From: Patescibacteria group bacterium
Lineage (GTDB): Bacteria; Patescibacteriota; Minisyncoccia; Minisyncoccales; JAHCRE01
Length of the DNA: 49,596 nt
Assembly: GCA_020148055.1 (NCBI GenBank)
Contig: JAHCRF010000004.1
Location: forward strand, 1 to 49,596
Direction of reading: 5' to 3'
Shown: piece by piece, positions 10,348-19,619 of the stretch
Position numbering within the stretch: position 1 is the first letter of the stretch
Layout of the letters: each line of letters begins with the position of its first letter
Translations under genes and position numbers: made by a program
The notes under the pieces: generated by a model
Database searches by the model: none
What the model was told of the DNA's origin: nothing
Seen by the model: only the letters and a program-made list of their open reading frames with translations

Positions 10348-10367
10348 TGATTTTATTATAAAAAATA

Positions 10368-10396
10368 ACCAAAACCACAAGACTTGTGGTTTTGGT
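10368..10396. terminator. Perfect palindrome, likely terminator
   Basis: accaaaaccacaag-a-cttgtggttttggt downstream of the small Zn-ribbon gene. Confidence 0.6.
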
Positions 10397-10423
10397 CTAA
10401 AATAAATTTTTGTTTCTCAATTT

Positions 10424-10579
10424 TTAAGCTTTTCCTAAAATTCTAAACATCTTTGTCCCACAAACAGGACAAATCCCGGTGGCAGCTCTTCTCTTTGATT
10501 TTCCTTTACCTTTCATGGTTATCTCCTTTTCATTTGTCATCTCTTGCTTTTGTTTACACTTTACACAATAAGCTTTCAT
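10424..10579 (-). CDS. Small basic zinc-ribbon protein (DUF5679-like), absent from the ORF track
   Basis: Hand translation MKAYCVKCKQKQEMTNEKEITMKGKGKSKRRAATGICPVCGTKMFRILGKA (51 aa), two CxxC; own promoter and terminator. Confidence 0.85.
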   Translation of the reverse strand: MKAYCVKCKQKQEMTNEKEITMKGKGKSKRRAATGICPVCGTKMFRILGKA

Positions 10580-10669
10580 AATATTTTATTTATAACGGCC
10601 TTCGGCCGATATATCGCACTTTGTGCGTTATAAGTTTTAAAATTTTTACAAAGCCGACCTTTCCATAAC

Positions 10670-10730
10670 CCGCCCAACTTTCGCCACGAAATTAAGAGGG
10701 CAAAAGTTATCCACAGCGAAAGTTAGGTGG
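10670..10730. repeat. Intergenic inverted-repeat element (CCGCCYAA family) enclosing a DnaA box
   Basis: ccgcccaactttcgc (10670-84) / gcgaaagttaggtgg (10716-30); TTATCCACA at 10707-10715. Confidence 0.65.
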
Positions 10731-10802
10731 ACACAATCTTATTTTACCTTAATTTAAGCAAAGATGGTAGTCAAGCCCTCTTACCAGATTTTAACGTAAG
10801 AA

Positions 10803-11093
10803 TCATCTCTTAATTTTCAGGCTTTTTATCTTAATCGCCTTACCTTTAATTAGAGCTTCGGCTACTTTTTTACGAGCTGAAGTCAAAATTCGACCCAAAG
10901 TACTCTGAGAAATTTTCATTTTCTTAGCTGCCTTGATTTGAGCTAAATTTTTAAAATCACAAAGTCTTATTGCCTCTAATTCATCAATACCTAAATCTAC
11001 CTCCTCCAACATCGAAAGAGGTATTGCTCTCGGTTTAAAATAGGTCACATCTGGTTCAAATAAAACTCTTCTTGGTTTTATAGGTCTTGGCAT
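10803..11093 (-). CDS. DUF134 family DNA-binding protein
   Basis: MPRPIKPRRV...YFKP...ELEAIRLCD...SARKKVAEAL. Confidence 0.88.
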   Translation of the reverse strand: MPRPIKPRRVLFEPDVTYFKPRAIPLSMLEEVDLGIDELEAIRLCDFKNLAQIKAAKKMKISQSTLGRILTSARKKVAEALIKGKAIKIKSLKIKR

Positions 11094-11106
11094 ATATCTC
11101 TACGAA

Positions 11107-12015
11107 TTACGAATTTTTACGAATATACGAATTAAGATTACTGTAAATTCGTTTAATTTCTCTTTTGGCCTCTAAATTTGTTTCCAGAATTGGAATTAAA
11201 TTTGAGATGGCTTTAAAAATTTTTTTATCATAAGATATTTTACCCAGCACCATTCCTTTGGGAAAAGTGGTGCTAGGTTTACCTAAAAATTTCCTACCGG
11301 CCCATTTCTCTATTTTATCACTTAATTGAGAATTTATATCCCACTTATTTATCACTAACCCCCAGGAAAGCTTAAAATGATTAACAACTTTTAAAACTCT
11401 TTTTAAATCAGAAAATGCCGAAGGCGTTGGCTCAGTAATTAAAATAGCAAAATTTGCATCTTGCAAAGCAGCAATAACCGGACAGCCGGTTCCCGGAGCC
11501 GAATCGATTAAGATTATTTCATGTTTAAATTTTTCCGCTTTTTTTTTAATTTCAGTAATCACTTTACCAGAACCAGTTTCCCCTGGAAAAAGATTTCCTG
11601 AAACCAAAATAAAACCATGTTTTGTTTTTTTAATTTTAATTTGTCCATTTTGAACCGGTTTTAATTTGATTGCCTTTTGAGGACAAATAACTTCACAAGC
11701 TCCACAGCCTTCGCATAAAAAATTGTTGATTGTTAACTGTTGATTGTTAATTGATAAACTTTCAAAACGACAGTTTTTTACACATAACCCACAGAGGTCA
11801 CATTTTTGTTGATTAATTTCTGGCTTTGCTGAAGCGATCACTGGCAGAGTTCTATCCCATTTTTTTATTCCTCCTAACCAAATAGCTAAATTCGGCGCAT
11901 CAGCATCACAATCTACCGCTACTATTCTCTTAGTTTCTGCGAAAAGCATCGCCAAAGCCGAAGTCAACATACTCTTTCCGACTCCTCCTTTCCCCGATAA
12001 AACAACTAATTTCAT
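11107..12015 (-). CDS. MinD-superfamily P-loop ATPase with inserted ferredoxin domain
   Basis: SGKGGVGKS, DCDADAPN, two CxxCxxCxxxC, PGTGCPV, TEPT. Confidence 0.9.
   Translation of the reverse strand: MKLVVLSGKGGVGKSMLTSALAMLFAETKRIVAVDCDADAPNLAIWLGGIKKWDRTLPVIASAKPEINQQKCDLCGLCVKNCRFESLSINNQQLTINNFLCEGCGACEVICPQKAIKLKPVQNGQIKIKKTKHGFILVSGNLFPGETGSGKVITEIKKKAEKFKHEIILIDSAPGTGCPVIAALQDANFAILITEPTPSAFSDLKRVLKVVNHFKLSWGLVINKWDINSQLSDKIEKWAGRKFLGKPSTTFPKGMVLGKISYDKKIFKAISNLIPILETNLEAKREIKRIYSNLNSYIRKNS
11239..11283. repeat. 39-bp in-frame palindromic insert with 6-bp direct repeat
   Basis: tttacc at 11239-44 and 11278-83; IR acccagcacca/tggtgctaggt; protein reads LGK-PSTTFPKGMV-LGK. Confidence 0.8.
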
Positions 12016-12470
12016 AAATTTTTAATCTTTTTTATTTCTTTTTCTGTATACACCTTAATTCCTTCTTTTTTCAGAAGGGCGGCGAAGATACCATCACCAT
12101 CGATTAATCTTCCCGAAAAAGTACCATCATAAATTTTTCCAGAACCACAAGAAGGAGATTTTGATTTTAAAATAGCTTCTTTACAATTAACTAACTTAGC
12201 AAGTTTTAAAGCTTCCTTTGCCCCTTTTCTAAATAAATCAGTCACATCTTTACCGCTTTTAGTAAATACTTTATTTCTTCTTTGTTCTGCTGGCTCTCTG
12301 GGGGTAGATAAACCACCCAATTGTTCAGGACAAATAGGAATGACTTTCCCTTCCTTTACTAACTTAACCACTTTCTTATAAGGCCTTGACCTTCCATCCC
12401 ATCGACATTTTATTCCAGCCAAACAGGCACTAACCATTATCATTGGAAGTTTTTTATTTCGCATTTTCAT
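12012..12470 (-). CDS. DUF523 family (2-thiouracil desulfurase TudS-like)
   Basis: VSACLAG..CRWDG, CPEQLGGL.TPR, LKSKSPSCG. Confidence 0.88.
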   Translation of the reverse strand: MKMRNKKLPMIMVSACLAGIKCRWDGRSRPYKKVVKLVKEGKVIPICPEQLGGLSTPREPAEQRRNKVFTKSGKDVTDLFRKGAKEALKLAKLVNCKEAILKSKSPSCGSGKIYDGTFSGRLIDGDGIFAALLKKEGIKVYTEKEIKKIKNL

Positions 12471-12634
12471 ATTTTTATTATTTCAACTCTAACAAAAATT
12501 GGTTTTCCAACTTTTAAAACTAAAAGATAAATTCTTTTCACGTTTAAAATTTTTTTACCAAAAAAATATTTTCCTGCCCTCTTGCTCCGCAAGACGAAGC
12601 GGACGGGCATTCTACCAGTATTTTTCTAAAGAGT

Positions 12635-13219
12635 TCATTTAAATTTTTCCAGAACTTTAAAGTCTTTTTCTAAAATTTCTTTCATATTTCGATTATAAGT
12701 AGCAACTGCTGGATGATAGAAAGGGATAATTTTGATTGATTTAAATAAAGTTTTGACTTCAAAAACTTTTCCATGAATTTTGCTAATTCCCTGAATCTGA
12801 TTTTTTAATCCATATTTCTCAAAAATAAAGACTGTTGAATAGTTTCCTAAGGCACAAACTACTTTTGGCTTTATAATCTCAATTTGTCTTTCTAAATAAG
12901 GGGTGCAGGCTTTGATTTCTTCTGATTTTGGTTTACGATTTTTTGGAGGTCTACATTTTAAAATATTTGTAATATAAACTTCCTTTCTTTTTATTCCAAC
13001 TGATTCTAAAAGTTCATCTAAAATCTTTCCGGCTGCCCCACAGAATGGATAACCGGTTCTATCTTCATTGAACCCCGGCCCCTCGCCACAAAAAAGGATT
13101 TTTGCCCGATGGCTCCCCTCTCCAACAACGGGATAAGTTCTTGTTTTATAGAGAGGACATTTTTTACAATTCAAAACTTCATTTTTGATTTCTTCGAGTT
13201 CCTCCTTCACTTTTTTCAT
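12635..13219 (-). CDS. Uracil-DNA glycosylase family 4 (Fe-S)
   Basis: CKKCPL, GEGPG, KCRPP, HPA. Confidence 0.92.
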   Translation of the reverse strand: MKKVKEELEEIKNEVLNCKKCPLYKTRTYPVVGEGSHRAKILFCGEGPGFNEDRTGYPFCGAAGKILDELLESVGIKRKEVYITNILKCRPPKNRKPKSEEIKACTPYLERQIEIIKPKVVCALGNYSTVFIFEKYGLKNQIQGISKIHGKVFEVKTLFKSIKIIPFYHPAVATYNRNMKEILEKDFKVLEKFK

Positions 13220-13304
13220 AGTTACATTTCAATTATTTTCTCCACACCGTTTCTAATAAAATCTTCTTGATATCTATTTCTTCAAAAGAACAGACTTATA
13301 CCAA

Positions 13305-13625
13305 TTAGAGATACGAATTTAGTTTGTCAACTAAAAATTGTTTTGGTCGGGCTCCGATTATTCTCTCTATTTCCTGACCATTCCTAAAAATGATAAAGGT
13401 AGGAATCGCTCTGACTCCATAACCTCTGGCTATTTGTAGATTTTCACTGACATTTAATTTTCCAACTTTTATCTTTCCCTCAAATTCTTTTGCAATTTCT
13501 TCAATAATAGGTCCCATCACCAGACAGGGGGCACACATCGGACTCCAAAAATCAACCAAAACTGGTTTATCACTCTTTATAACCTCCTGTTCAAAATTTT
13601 GATCAGTTAAAGTTAGCTCTGCCAT
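13305..13625 (-). CDS. trxA: Thioredoxin
   Basis: VLVDFWSPMCAPC, IPT. Confidence 0.88.
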   Translation of the reverse strand: MAELTLTDQNFEQEVIKSDKPVLVDFWSPMCAPCLVMGPIIEEIAKEFEGKIKVGKLNVSENLQIARGYGVRAIPTFIIFRNGQEIERIIGARPKQFLVDKLNSYL

Positions 13626-13626
13626 A

Positions 13627-14886
13627 CTATTTCTTCATTGCTTTAGCTACCCGATCCACAGCTAAAAGATAAGCTGCTTTTTTGAGATTTACCTTTTCTT
13701 TTTTAGCTAAATTCCAAACTTCTTCAAAAGCTTTTTCTAGAACTACTGATAATTCATGTAATGATTTTTCTCTCTCCCATTTCTTTTTTTCTTTTGATTG
13801 TAACCATTCAAAATATGAAGCCGTTACTCCTCCGGAATTAGCTAAAATATCGGGAATCGAAACAACACACTTTTCTTCTAAAATAATCTCTGCTTCCGGG
13901 GTAACCGGGCCGTTAGCCATTTCAATAATATATTTGGCTCTAATTTTAGAAGCGTTCTCTTTAGTAATAACATTTTCAACAGCGGCTGGGACCAAAATAT
14001 CAACCTCCATTTCTAAAAGTTCATCATTGGTAATTTGTTTTCCATAATTTAAATCGCAAACTGAACCCACACAATAACACTCAGCAATTTTGCCTTTTTC
14101 TTCTCTACAACGAAGGGTCTCTTCAGGATTAAGACCTTTTTTGACATAAATTCCTCCTTCACATTCAGAAGTGGCTATAATTTTGTAACCTTCGCGGAAA
14201 GCAAAATTGGCAAAATTATAACCAACATTTCCGAAACCTTGCACAGCTAAAGTTGTTTCTCTTGGTTTAAAACCAAATACCTTTTGTAATTTTTTAAGAA
14301 TCACTACTCCCCCATATCCGGTCGCCTCTTCTCTACCTTTTAAACCCCATAGTTCTGGAGGTTTCCCAGTAAAAGCAGCTGGAGTATCTTTACCCTTTAA
14401 TTTAGAATATTCATTAACCATCCAAGCCATAATCTGGGCATTTGTATTGACATCCGGCGCTGGAACATCAATATCAGGTCCTATGTAAGGAAAAATCCCT
14501 TTAACATATCCTCTGGAAAGCCTCTCTAATTCCCCTTTACTTAATTTCCGAGGGTCTACAATCACTCCTCCTTTTCCGCCACCAAAAGGCAAATCCACCA
14601 AAGCACATTTCCAAGTCATAAGCATTGATAAGGCTTTAATTTCATCTTCAGATACTTCTGGATGAAAACGAATTCCTCCTTTATAGGGACCAAGAGTATT
14701 ATTGTGTTGGGACCTAAATCCAAAAAAAATCTTGACTTTTCCGTTGTCCATCTGAACCGGAATTTGAAATTTAATCAATCGATGGGGCTCTTCTAATTCT
14801 CGAAGAATTTCAGGTTTTATTTTTAAGATATTGGCAATTTCTTTAAGTTGTTTTTGGCTATCTAAAAAGAAGTTTTGACTATCCAT
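13627..14886 (-). CDS. gdhA: Glu/Leu/Phe/Val dehydrogenase (glutamate dehydrogenase)
   Basis: GPYKGGIRF, GGGKGG, PAPDVNT, QGFGNVG, EMANGP. Confidence 0.92.
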   Translation of the reverse strand: MDSQNFFLDSQKQLKEIANILKIKPEILRELEEPHRLIKFQIPVQMDNGKVKIFFGFRSQHNNTLGPYKGGIRFHPEVSEDEIKALSMLMTWKCALVDLPFGGGKGGVIVDPRKLSKGELERLSRGYVKGIFPYIGPDIDVPAPDVNTNAQIMAWMVNEYSKLKGKDTPAAFTGKPPELWGLKGREEATGYGGVVILKKLQKVFGFKPRETTLAVQGFGNVGYNFANFAFREGYKIIATSECEGGIYVKKGLNPEETLRCREEKGKIAECYCVGSVCDLNYGKQITNDELLEMEVDILVPAAVENVITKENASKIRAKYIIEMANGPVTPEAEIILEEKCVVSIPDILANSGGVTASYFEWLQSKEKKKWEREKSLHELSVVLEKAFEEVWNLAKKEKVNLKKAAYLLAVDRVAKAMKK

Positions 14887-14888
14887 AA

Positions 14889-15779
14889 TTAAATAAAAAA
14901 ATTAAGCAATTTTCCTTGAGAATAAGCTTTAACTAGTTTTTTTGAATAAGGAATTTCTTTATCTATCTTAATTTTATACTTTTTAGTAATGTTTTCAATT
15001 TCAGTTTTGTCTCCTAAATTGGCTTGGTTTAAAATTATTTTAGTTTTTACTTTGAGTTTTTGGCATAAATCTAAAATCAAATTTAAGTCATGGGCTCCCA
15101 TTGGAGTGGGTTCAGTAACAGCATAGGCTAAATCGCAATCCAAAATAGCTGAAATTACTGGACAATGAATACCCGGAGCGGTATCAAACAAAATATAATT
15201 TGCCTTATTTTTTTTTGCTAGATTTAAGGCAAATTTTTTTGTCTGACTTACTATCGGGCCGGTTTCTTCCAAGCCTGGTTTTGCCGAGCCGGTGATTAAC
15301 CAAAAATTATCTTTTATTTTATTAACAAAAATTTGGCCAACTTCTTCTTTCTCCGGTTCAATAGCTCCATGAGGACAAACAATCCAGCAAGCTCCACAGC
15401 CAGAGCACAAATCTTTGATAAATACTGGATATTTTCCCGGAGGTTGAAAAATGGCATTATTTCTACAAGTTTTTGCACACAATCCACATTTTTTACATTT
15501 TGTTTTATTTAATTTTGGGAACTCGGCATAAACTTTTTTTTGAGGTTTTTTCAATTTCTGGCCCAATAATAAATAATCATTTGGGCACTCAACATCACAA
15601 TCGCAGAGAATAACTCCGCCTCCTCGGCGGGTCGCCGAAGAGGCGACTTTTTCTATTTCTTTAACTAATTTATTAGCAAATAAAATAGCAATCGTACTTT
15701 TCCCAGTGCCCCCTTTTCCTCCAGTTATAGCAATTTTAATTATTTTTTGATTGTTGATTTTTGATTTTTGATTTCGCAT
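14889..15779 (-). CDS. Second MinD-superfamily P-loop ATPase with ferredoxin domain
   Basis: GGKGGTGKS, DCDVECPN, two ferredoxin motifs, TEPT. Confidence 0.9.
   Translation of the reverse strand: MRNQKSKINNQKIIKIAITGGKGGTGKSTIAILFANKLVKEIEKVASSATRRGGGVILCDCDVECPNDYLLLGQKLKKPQKKVYAEFPKLNKTKCKKCGLCAKTCRNNAIFQPPGKYPVFIKDLCSGCGACWIVCPHGAIEPEKEEVGQIFVNKIKDNFWLITGSAKPGLEETGPIVSQTKKFALNLAKKNKANYILFDTAPGIHCPVISAILDCDLAYAVTEPTPMGAHDLNLILDLCQKLKVKTKIILNQANLGDKTEIENITKKYKIKIDKEIPYSKKLVKAYSQGKLLNFFI
15615..15650. repeat. In-frame double-hairpin insert in ATPase gene
   Basis: ccgcc-tcctc-ggcgg followed by gtcgcc-gaaga-ggcgac; encodes VASSATRRGG. Confidence 0.75.
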
Positions 15780-15856
15780 GTACTATTTTTACTTGCCTCG
15801 TTGCCGTAAAAAGCGGCTTTGCGGGGCCGCCGGTAATAGTGATTCCAATGCTTTAT

Positions 15857-16180
15857 TTATTTTAGTTTTCCTGCTTTAAATTTATCCAGGGCTTCCTTTG
15901 CAGTTCCTGAAATTCCAGAAATTACTTTAATTCCAGATTGCTGTAACGCTGTTAAAGCATTTGGGCCAATCTTGCCCACAATCACCGCTTCTACTTTTTC
16001 ACCAGCAACGATCTGAGAGGCAGCAATTCCTGCCCCCCTCATAGCCTCTCTAGCTTCATTGTCTATTACTTTAAATTCCTCTGTTTCTTTATCAACAATT
16101 AAAAAATAACTGCATCTACCAAAAACTTGATCTATTGGAAAATTCAAATCTGGACCGCTTGTGCAAATACAAATTTTCAT
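15857..16180 (-). CDS. NifB/NifX family protein
   Basis: FGRCSYFLIVD, GAGIAA, IGPNA. Confidence 0.88.
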   Translation of the reverse strand: MKICICTSGPDLNFPIDQVFGRCSYFLIVDKETEEFKVIDNEAREAMRGAGIAASQIVAGEKVEAVIVGKIGPNALTALQQSGIKVISGISGTAKEALDKFKAGKLK

Positions 16181-16185
16181 AAAGT

Positions 16186-16398
16186 TTATCTAACCCTGGT
16201 CATTTTAGAGCCACACTCTGGGCAAACCTCAGTATAGCAAGGTACTCCTCTCTTATGAGGGATTTTTGTCTTACATCGCGGGCATACACAAAAATCTCCA
16301 GGTCCTAAACCAGAACCGCCAGGCTGACGGCCACGGCCACCTCTCCCAGGTGCTCTAAATCTACCACCAGGAGGAATTGAAGGGATTCTTTTTGGCAT
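16186..16398 (-). CDS. Small Gly/Arg-rich zinc-ribbon protein
   Basis: GPGDFCVCPRC...HKRGVPC...CPECG; typical companion of NifB/NifX operons. Confidence 0.75.
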   Translation of the reverse strand: MPKRIPSIPPGGRFRAPGRGGRGRQPGGSGLGPGDFCVCPRCKTKIPHKRGVPCYTEVCPECGSKMTRVR

Positions 16399-16399
16399 A

Positions 16400-16714
16400 T
16401 TATTTTTTCCCTTTTTTAGTTTCTAATTCTTTCAATCTTTCTTCAATGGCTTTCATTTCTTCTCGCAAAGTTTTAAGCTCTTCAGTCAATATTTTTTTCT
16501 CTTCCTTTGGAGCAGGTTGCGGTGGATAGGGATAATCTTGTCCATATTCAGGATAAGTCCACCACCAGCGAGGGAGCCAGGGAAACCTAAAACATCGACC
16601 CCAACCTCTCCCCCGGCCCCTTCCCCATCCTCTTCCCCATCCCCAACCTGGACCATATGGTGGCCAGTAAGGAGGATTATATTCGGGAGGATTAGTTTTA
16701 TTTGAATTAGCCAT
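16400..16714 (-). CDS. DUF5320-like protein
   Basis: GWGRG repeats, C-terminal coiled coil (IEERLKEL). Confidence 0.7.
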   Translation of the reverse strand: MANSNKTNPPEYNPPYWPPYGPGWGWGRGWGRGRGRGWGRCFRFPWLPRWWWTYPEYGQDYPYPPQPAPKEEKKILTEELKTLREEMKAIEERLKELETKKGKK

Positions 16715-16753
16715 AATAACTTTTTATTTAAAATATTATTCGACCTTTTTATA

Positions 16754-16788
16754 TTATGAGTATATACCCATAACTATAGACCTGTCAA
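16754..16788 (-). promoter_or_regulatory. Promoter with palindromic operator over the -10
   Basis: TTGACA at 16783-88; near-perfect 20-bp palindrome ttatgagtatatacccataa at 16754-73. Confidence 0.6.
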
Positions 16789-16798
16789 GTGCTTTTAA

Positions 16799-17905
16799 TC
16801 AACAGGGGCCAATAATTATTCCCCCACCTAAAACCTCCTGATTTTTGTAAAAAACTACTGACTGGCCAGGAGTTATTGCTCGCTGAGGTTTGTCGAATTT
16901 TAGATGATAGATATTAGATTTTAGATAATAGACGGTTGCTGGCGAGGCTCTGTGTCGATATCTTATCTTAGCTTTTATTCTCAATGGTAATTTTGGAGCT
17001 TTTCCCGAAATCCAGTTAACATCTTTAGCCAAAAGTTCTCTTTTATACAAATCTTTTTCATTTTTAGTAACAATTAAAAGATTTTCCTTTTGATTTTTAT
17101 CTAAAACATAATGAGGACCACCAGGAAGTTCTATTCCTTTTCTTTGGCCAATAGTGTAAAAACATACCCCCTGATGTTGCCCAACAATTTTTCTTGCCCC
17201 GTAGTGAACTTGTTCTACTATGGGGCCTGGTTTTGCTTTGAGATGCTGCTTTAAAAAATCATTTACTGTTGTTTTTATAAAACAAATTTCCATGGATTCT
17301 GGAATATTAAGAACTGGCAACTTTAACTTTTTTGCCAATTTTCTAACTCTATCTTTGGTATATTCTCCAATTGAAAACAAAATATGCTTTAATTGATTTT
17401 GATTTAACATCCAAAGAAAATAAGACTGGTCTTTATTTTCATCTTTTGCTTTTAATAATTTGTAATTTTTGCTTTTTGCTTTCTGATTTTTGATTTCGTG
17501 CTTTAGGGCGTAGTGGCCAGTTGCTACATAATCTGCTTCCAAAGCCAGGGCTTTTTCCAGCAGGATCCCAAATTTTATTTTTTTGTTACAAACAACGCAG
17601 GGATTTGGAGTTCTACCTGTTTTATGTTCTTTTAAAAAATAATCGACAATTCCTTTTTTAAATTCTTTTTCAAAATTAAAAACATAAAAAGGGAGACTCA
17701 AGATTTTAGCTACTTGTCTTGCTCTTTTTTCAGCTTCTGGAGAACAACACCGGTTCCAGGAACCCCTCAGGTCGGCTTCTGACCAAAACTTCATAAAAAT
17801 TCCAATAACATCAAAACCAGCCCTTTTTAAAAGGGCAGCAGCTACTGATGAATCGATACCGCCAGACATTGCCACTATTACTCTTTTTGATCTCAATTTT
17901 CTCAT
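16799..17905 (-). CDS. mnmA: tRNA 2-thiouridine(34) synthase
   Basis: SGGIDSS, PNPCVVCN, ATGHY, KDQSYFL, TIGQRKG, TPGQ. Confidence 0.95.
   Translation of the reverse strand: MRKLRSKRVIVAMSGGIDSSVAAALLKRAGFDVIGIFMKFWSEADLRGSWNRCCSPEAEKRARQVAKILSLPFYVFNFEKEFKKGIVDYFLKEHKTGRTPNPCVVCNKKIKFGILLEKALALEADYVATGHYALKHEIKNQKAKSKNYKLLKAKDENKDQSYFLWMLNQNQLKHILFSIGEYTKDRVRKLAKKLKLPVLNIPESMEICFIKTTVNDFLKQHLKAKPGPIVEQVHYGARKIVGQHQGVCFYTIGQRKGIELPGGPHYVLDKNQKENLLIVTKNEKDLYKRELLAKDVNWISGKAPKLPLRIKAKIRYRHRASPATVYYLKSNIYHLKFDKPQRAITPGQSVVFYKNQEVLGGGIIIGPC
17196..17226. repeat. In-frame palindromic insert in mnmA
   Basis: gccccgtagt-gaacttgttct-actatggggc hairpin; encodes PIVEQVHYGA. Confidence 0.75.
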
Positions 17906-18411
17906 TATTTCTCTAGAATCTTCTTTTCCAAATTAACATATTCTTTATATCTCTCTTCTATTATTTTTAGATGTTTTTGGATTTTCTTATGCCTTTCTTG
18001 AAGTTCTTTTGGGATTGGTAATTTATTTTTAAAAAGATAGTCAAATATCGATTCATGTAAGGCATCATCAGCAAGAATCGAACAATGCACTTTAATTAAG
18101 GGTAACTTTCCACTCATTTTCAAAACGTCATCTTTTGTAATTTTAAGAGCTTCTTCTAAAGTTTTTCCTTTAGCTAGAGTGGTTATTATACTGCTAACAG
18201 CGATAGCAACAACGCAGCCGAAGGTTTGAAATTTCAGATCAACGATTTTTCTCTTTCCGGTTTTCTGATCTTCTTTAACTTTAATGTAAAGCCAGATAAC
18301 GTCACCGCAAATTAAATTACCCACCTTTCCTACCCCATCGGGATTTTCCATTTTTCCCATGTTCTTAGGGCTCTTAAAATGTTCCATTATTTTTTTAGAA
18401 TAAATATCCAT
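17905..18411 (-). CDS. iscU: Fe-S cluster scaffold IscU/NifU-like
   Basis: HFKSPKNMG, CGD, FGC, KVHCS. Confidence 0.9.
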   Translation of the reverse strand: MDIYSKKIMEHFKSPKNMGKMENPDGVGKVGNLICGDVIWLYIKVKEDQKTGKRKIVDLKFQTFGCVVAIAVSSIITTLAKGKTLEEALKITKDDVLKMSGKLPLIKVHCSILADDALHESIFDYLFKNKLPIPKELQERHKKIQKHLKIIEERYKEYVNLEKKILEK

Positions 18412-18413
18412 GT

Positions 18414-19604
18414 CTAGATTTCAAAATTTTTTTTAAAAGGAGAAATTTTTCTTAATCTTTTTATTATTTTTGGTAATATTTTTAGGATATGGTTGATGTC
18501 TTTCTCTTTTGTCCATCTTCCCAAAGTTAATCTCAAAGAACCGTGAGCTTCATAAGGTTTTAAACCTATTGCTAAAAGACCATGGCTGGGCTCTAATTTG
18601 GCTGAGGAACAGGCAGATCCAGTTGAGGCTGAAATCCCATGAAGATCGAGTTGAATAACCAAGGATTCTCCTTCAATAAAAGAAAACCAAAAGTTGGTAT
18701 TATTTGGAAGCCTCTTTTTTGGATGACCATTTAAATAAGATCCTTCAATGTTCTCTAAAACTCCTTTTATCAATTTATCTCTTAAGTTTGTCAATCTCTT
18801 TTCTTCTTTTTTCATTTCTTTTTCGCAAATTCTGGTTGCCTTGGCAAAACCAATAATTGCTGGAATGTTAACTGTACTTGATCTCAATCCAAATTCATGA
18901 CCACCGCCGTGCAAGATTGGCTCAATTTTAGTCCCTTCCCTAATAAATAATAAGGCTGCCCCTTTTGGGCCATACATTTTGTGGGAAGAGGCAGATAATA
19001 AATCTATATTCATTTTATTTACATCTATTGAAACTTTTCCAAAACTTTGGGCACAATCTGTATGAAAATAAACACCTTTTTCTTTACAAGTCCTTCCAAT
19101 CTCTTCAATTGGCTGGATAGTCCCTATTTCGTTTGAGGCGTGGATTATTGAAACTAAAATGGTATCTTTTTTTGTTGTCTTTTTAAGATCATTAAGATTA
19201 ATCAGGCCATATCTATTAACTGGCAGTTTAGTTATTTTAAACCCCTGAGTTTTTAACCATTTTGCGGTTTCCAGAATACAGGGGTGCTCAATTTTTGAAA
19301 TTATAATATGTCTCCCTTTTTTTTGATTGGCAAGGGCGATTCCTTTTAAAGCCAGATTATTACTTTCAGTTGCTGAGGCCGTAAAAATTATTTCTCTTGG
19401 CTTAGCTTTTATCAAACTAGCAACGGCTTCTCTGCTTTCTTCCAAAGCCTGTTTAGCTTCCTGACCAAAACTATGCAAAGACATGGTATTGCCAAATTTC
19501 TCTGAAAAATAAGGTAGCATGGCTCTAATGACTTGAGGATCAACTGGCGTTGTAGCAGCGTAGTCAAGGTAAATTCTTTTAATTTTTCTTTTCATATTGT
19601 TCAA
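18414..19604 (-). CDS. iscS: Cysteine desulfurase
   Basis: YLDYAATTP, SSHKMYGPKG, GSACSS; ATG start probably at 19595. Confidence 0.93.
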   Translation of the reverse strand: MNNMKRKIKRIYLDYAATTPVDPQVIRAMLPYFSEKFGNTMSLHSFGQEAKQALEESREAVASLIKAKPREIIFTASATESNNLALKGIALANQKKGRHIIISKIEHPCILETAKWLKTQGFKITKLPVNRYGLINLNDLKKTTKKDTILVSIIHASNEIGTIQPIEEIGRTCKEKGVYFHTDCAQSFGKVSIDVNKMNIDLLSASSHKMYGPKGAALLFIREGTKIEPILHGGGHEFGLRSSTVNIPAIIGFAKATRICEKEMKKEEKRLTNLRDKLIKGVLENIEGSYLNGHPKKRLPNNTNFWFSFIEGESLVIQLDLHGISASTGSACSSAKLEPSHGLLAIGLKPYEAHGSLRLTLGRWTKEKDINHILKILPKIIKRLRKISPFKKNFEI

Positions 19605-19619
19605 ATAAAAAAGTGAAGA

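Noticed and set aside
10707-10715. DnaA boxes (also 3011-3019) as oriC
   Set aside because: Single isolated boxes with no cluster and no dnaA/dnaN nearby.
11101-11132. tacgaat repeats as a possible CRISPR or iteron array
   Set aside because: Units are 7 bp with 0-3-nt gaps and no spacers; no cas or rep genes are present.
16590-16660. Repetitive G-rich DNA in the DUF5320-like gene
   Set aside because: Explained by the GWGRG low-complexity peptide typical of the family.
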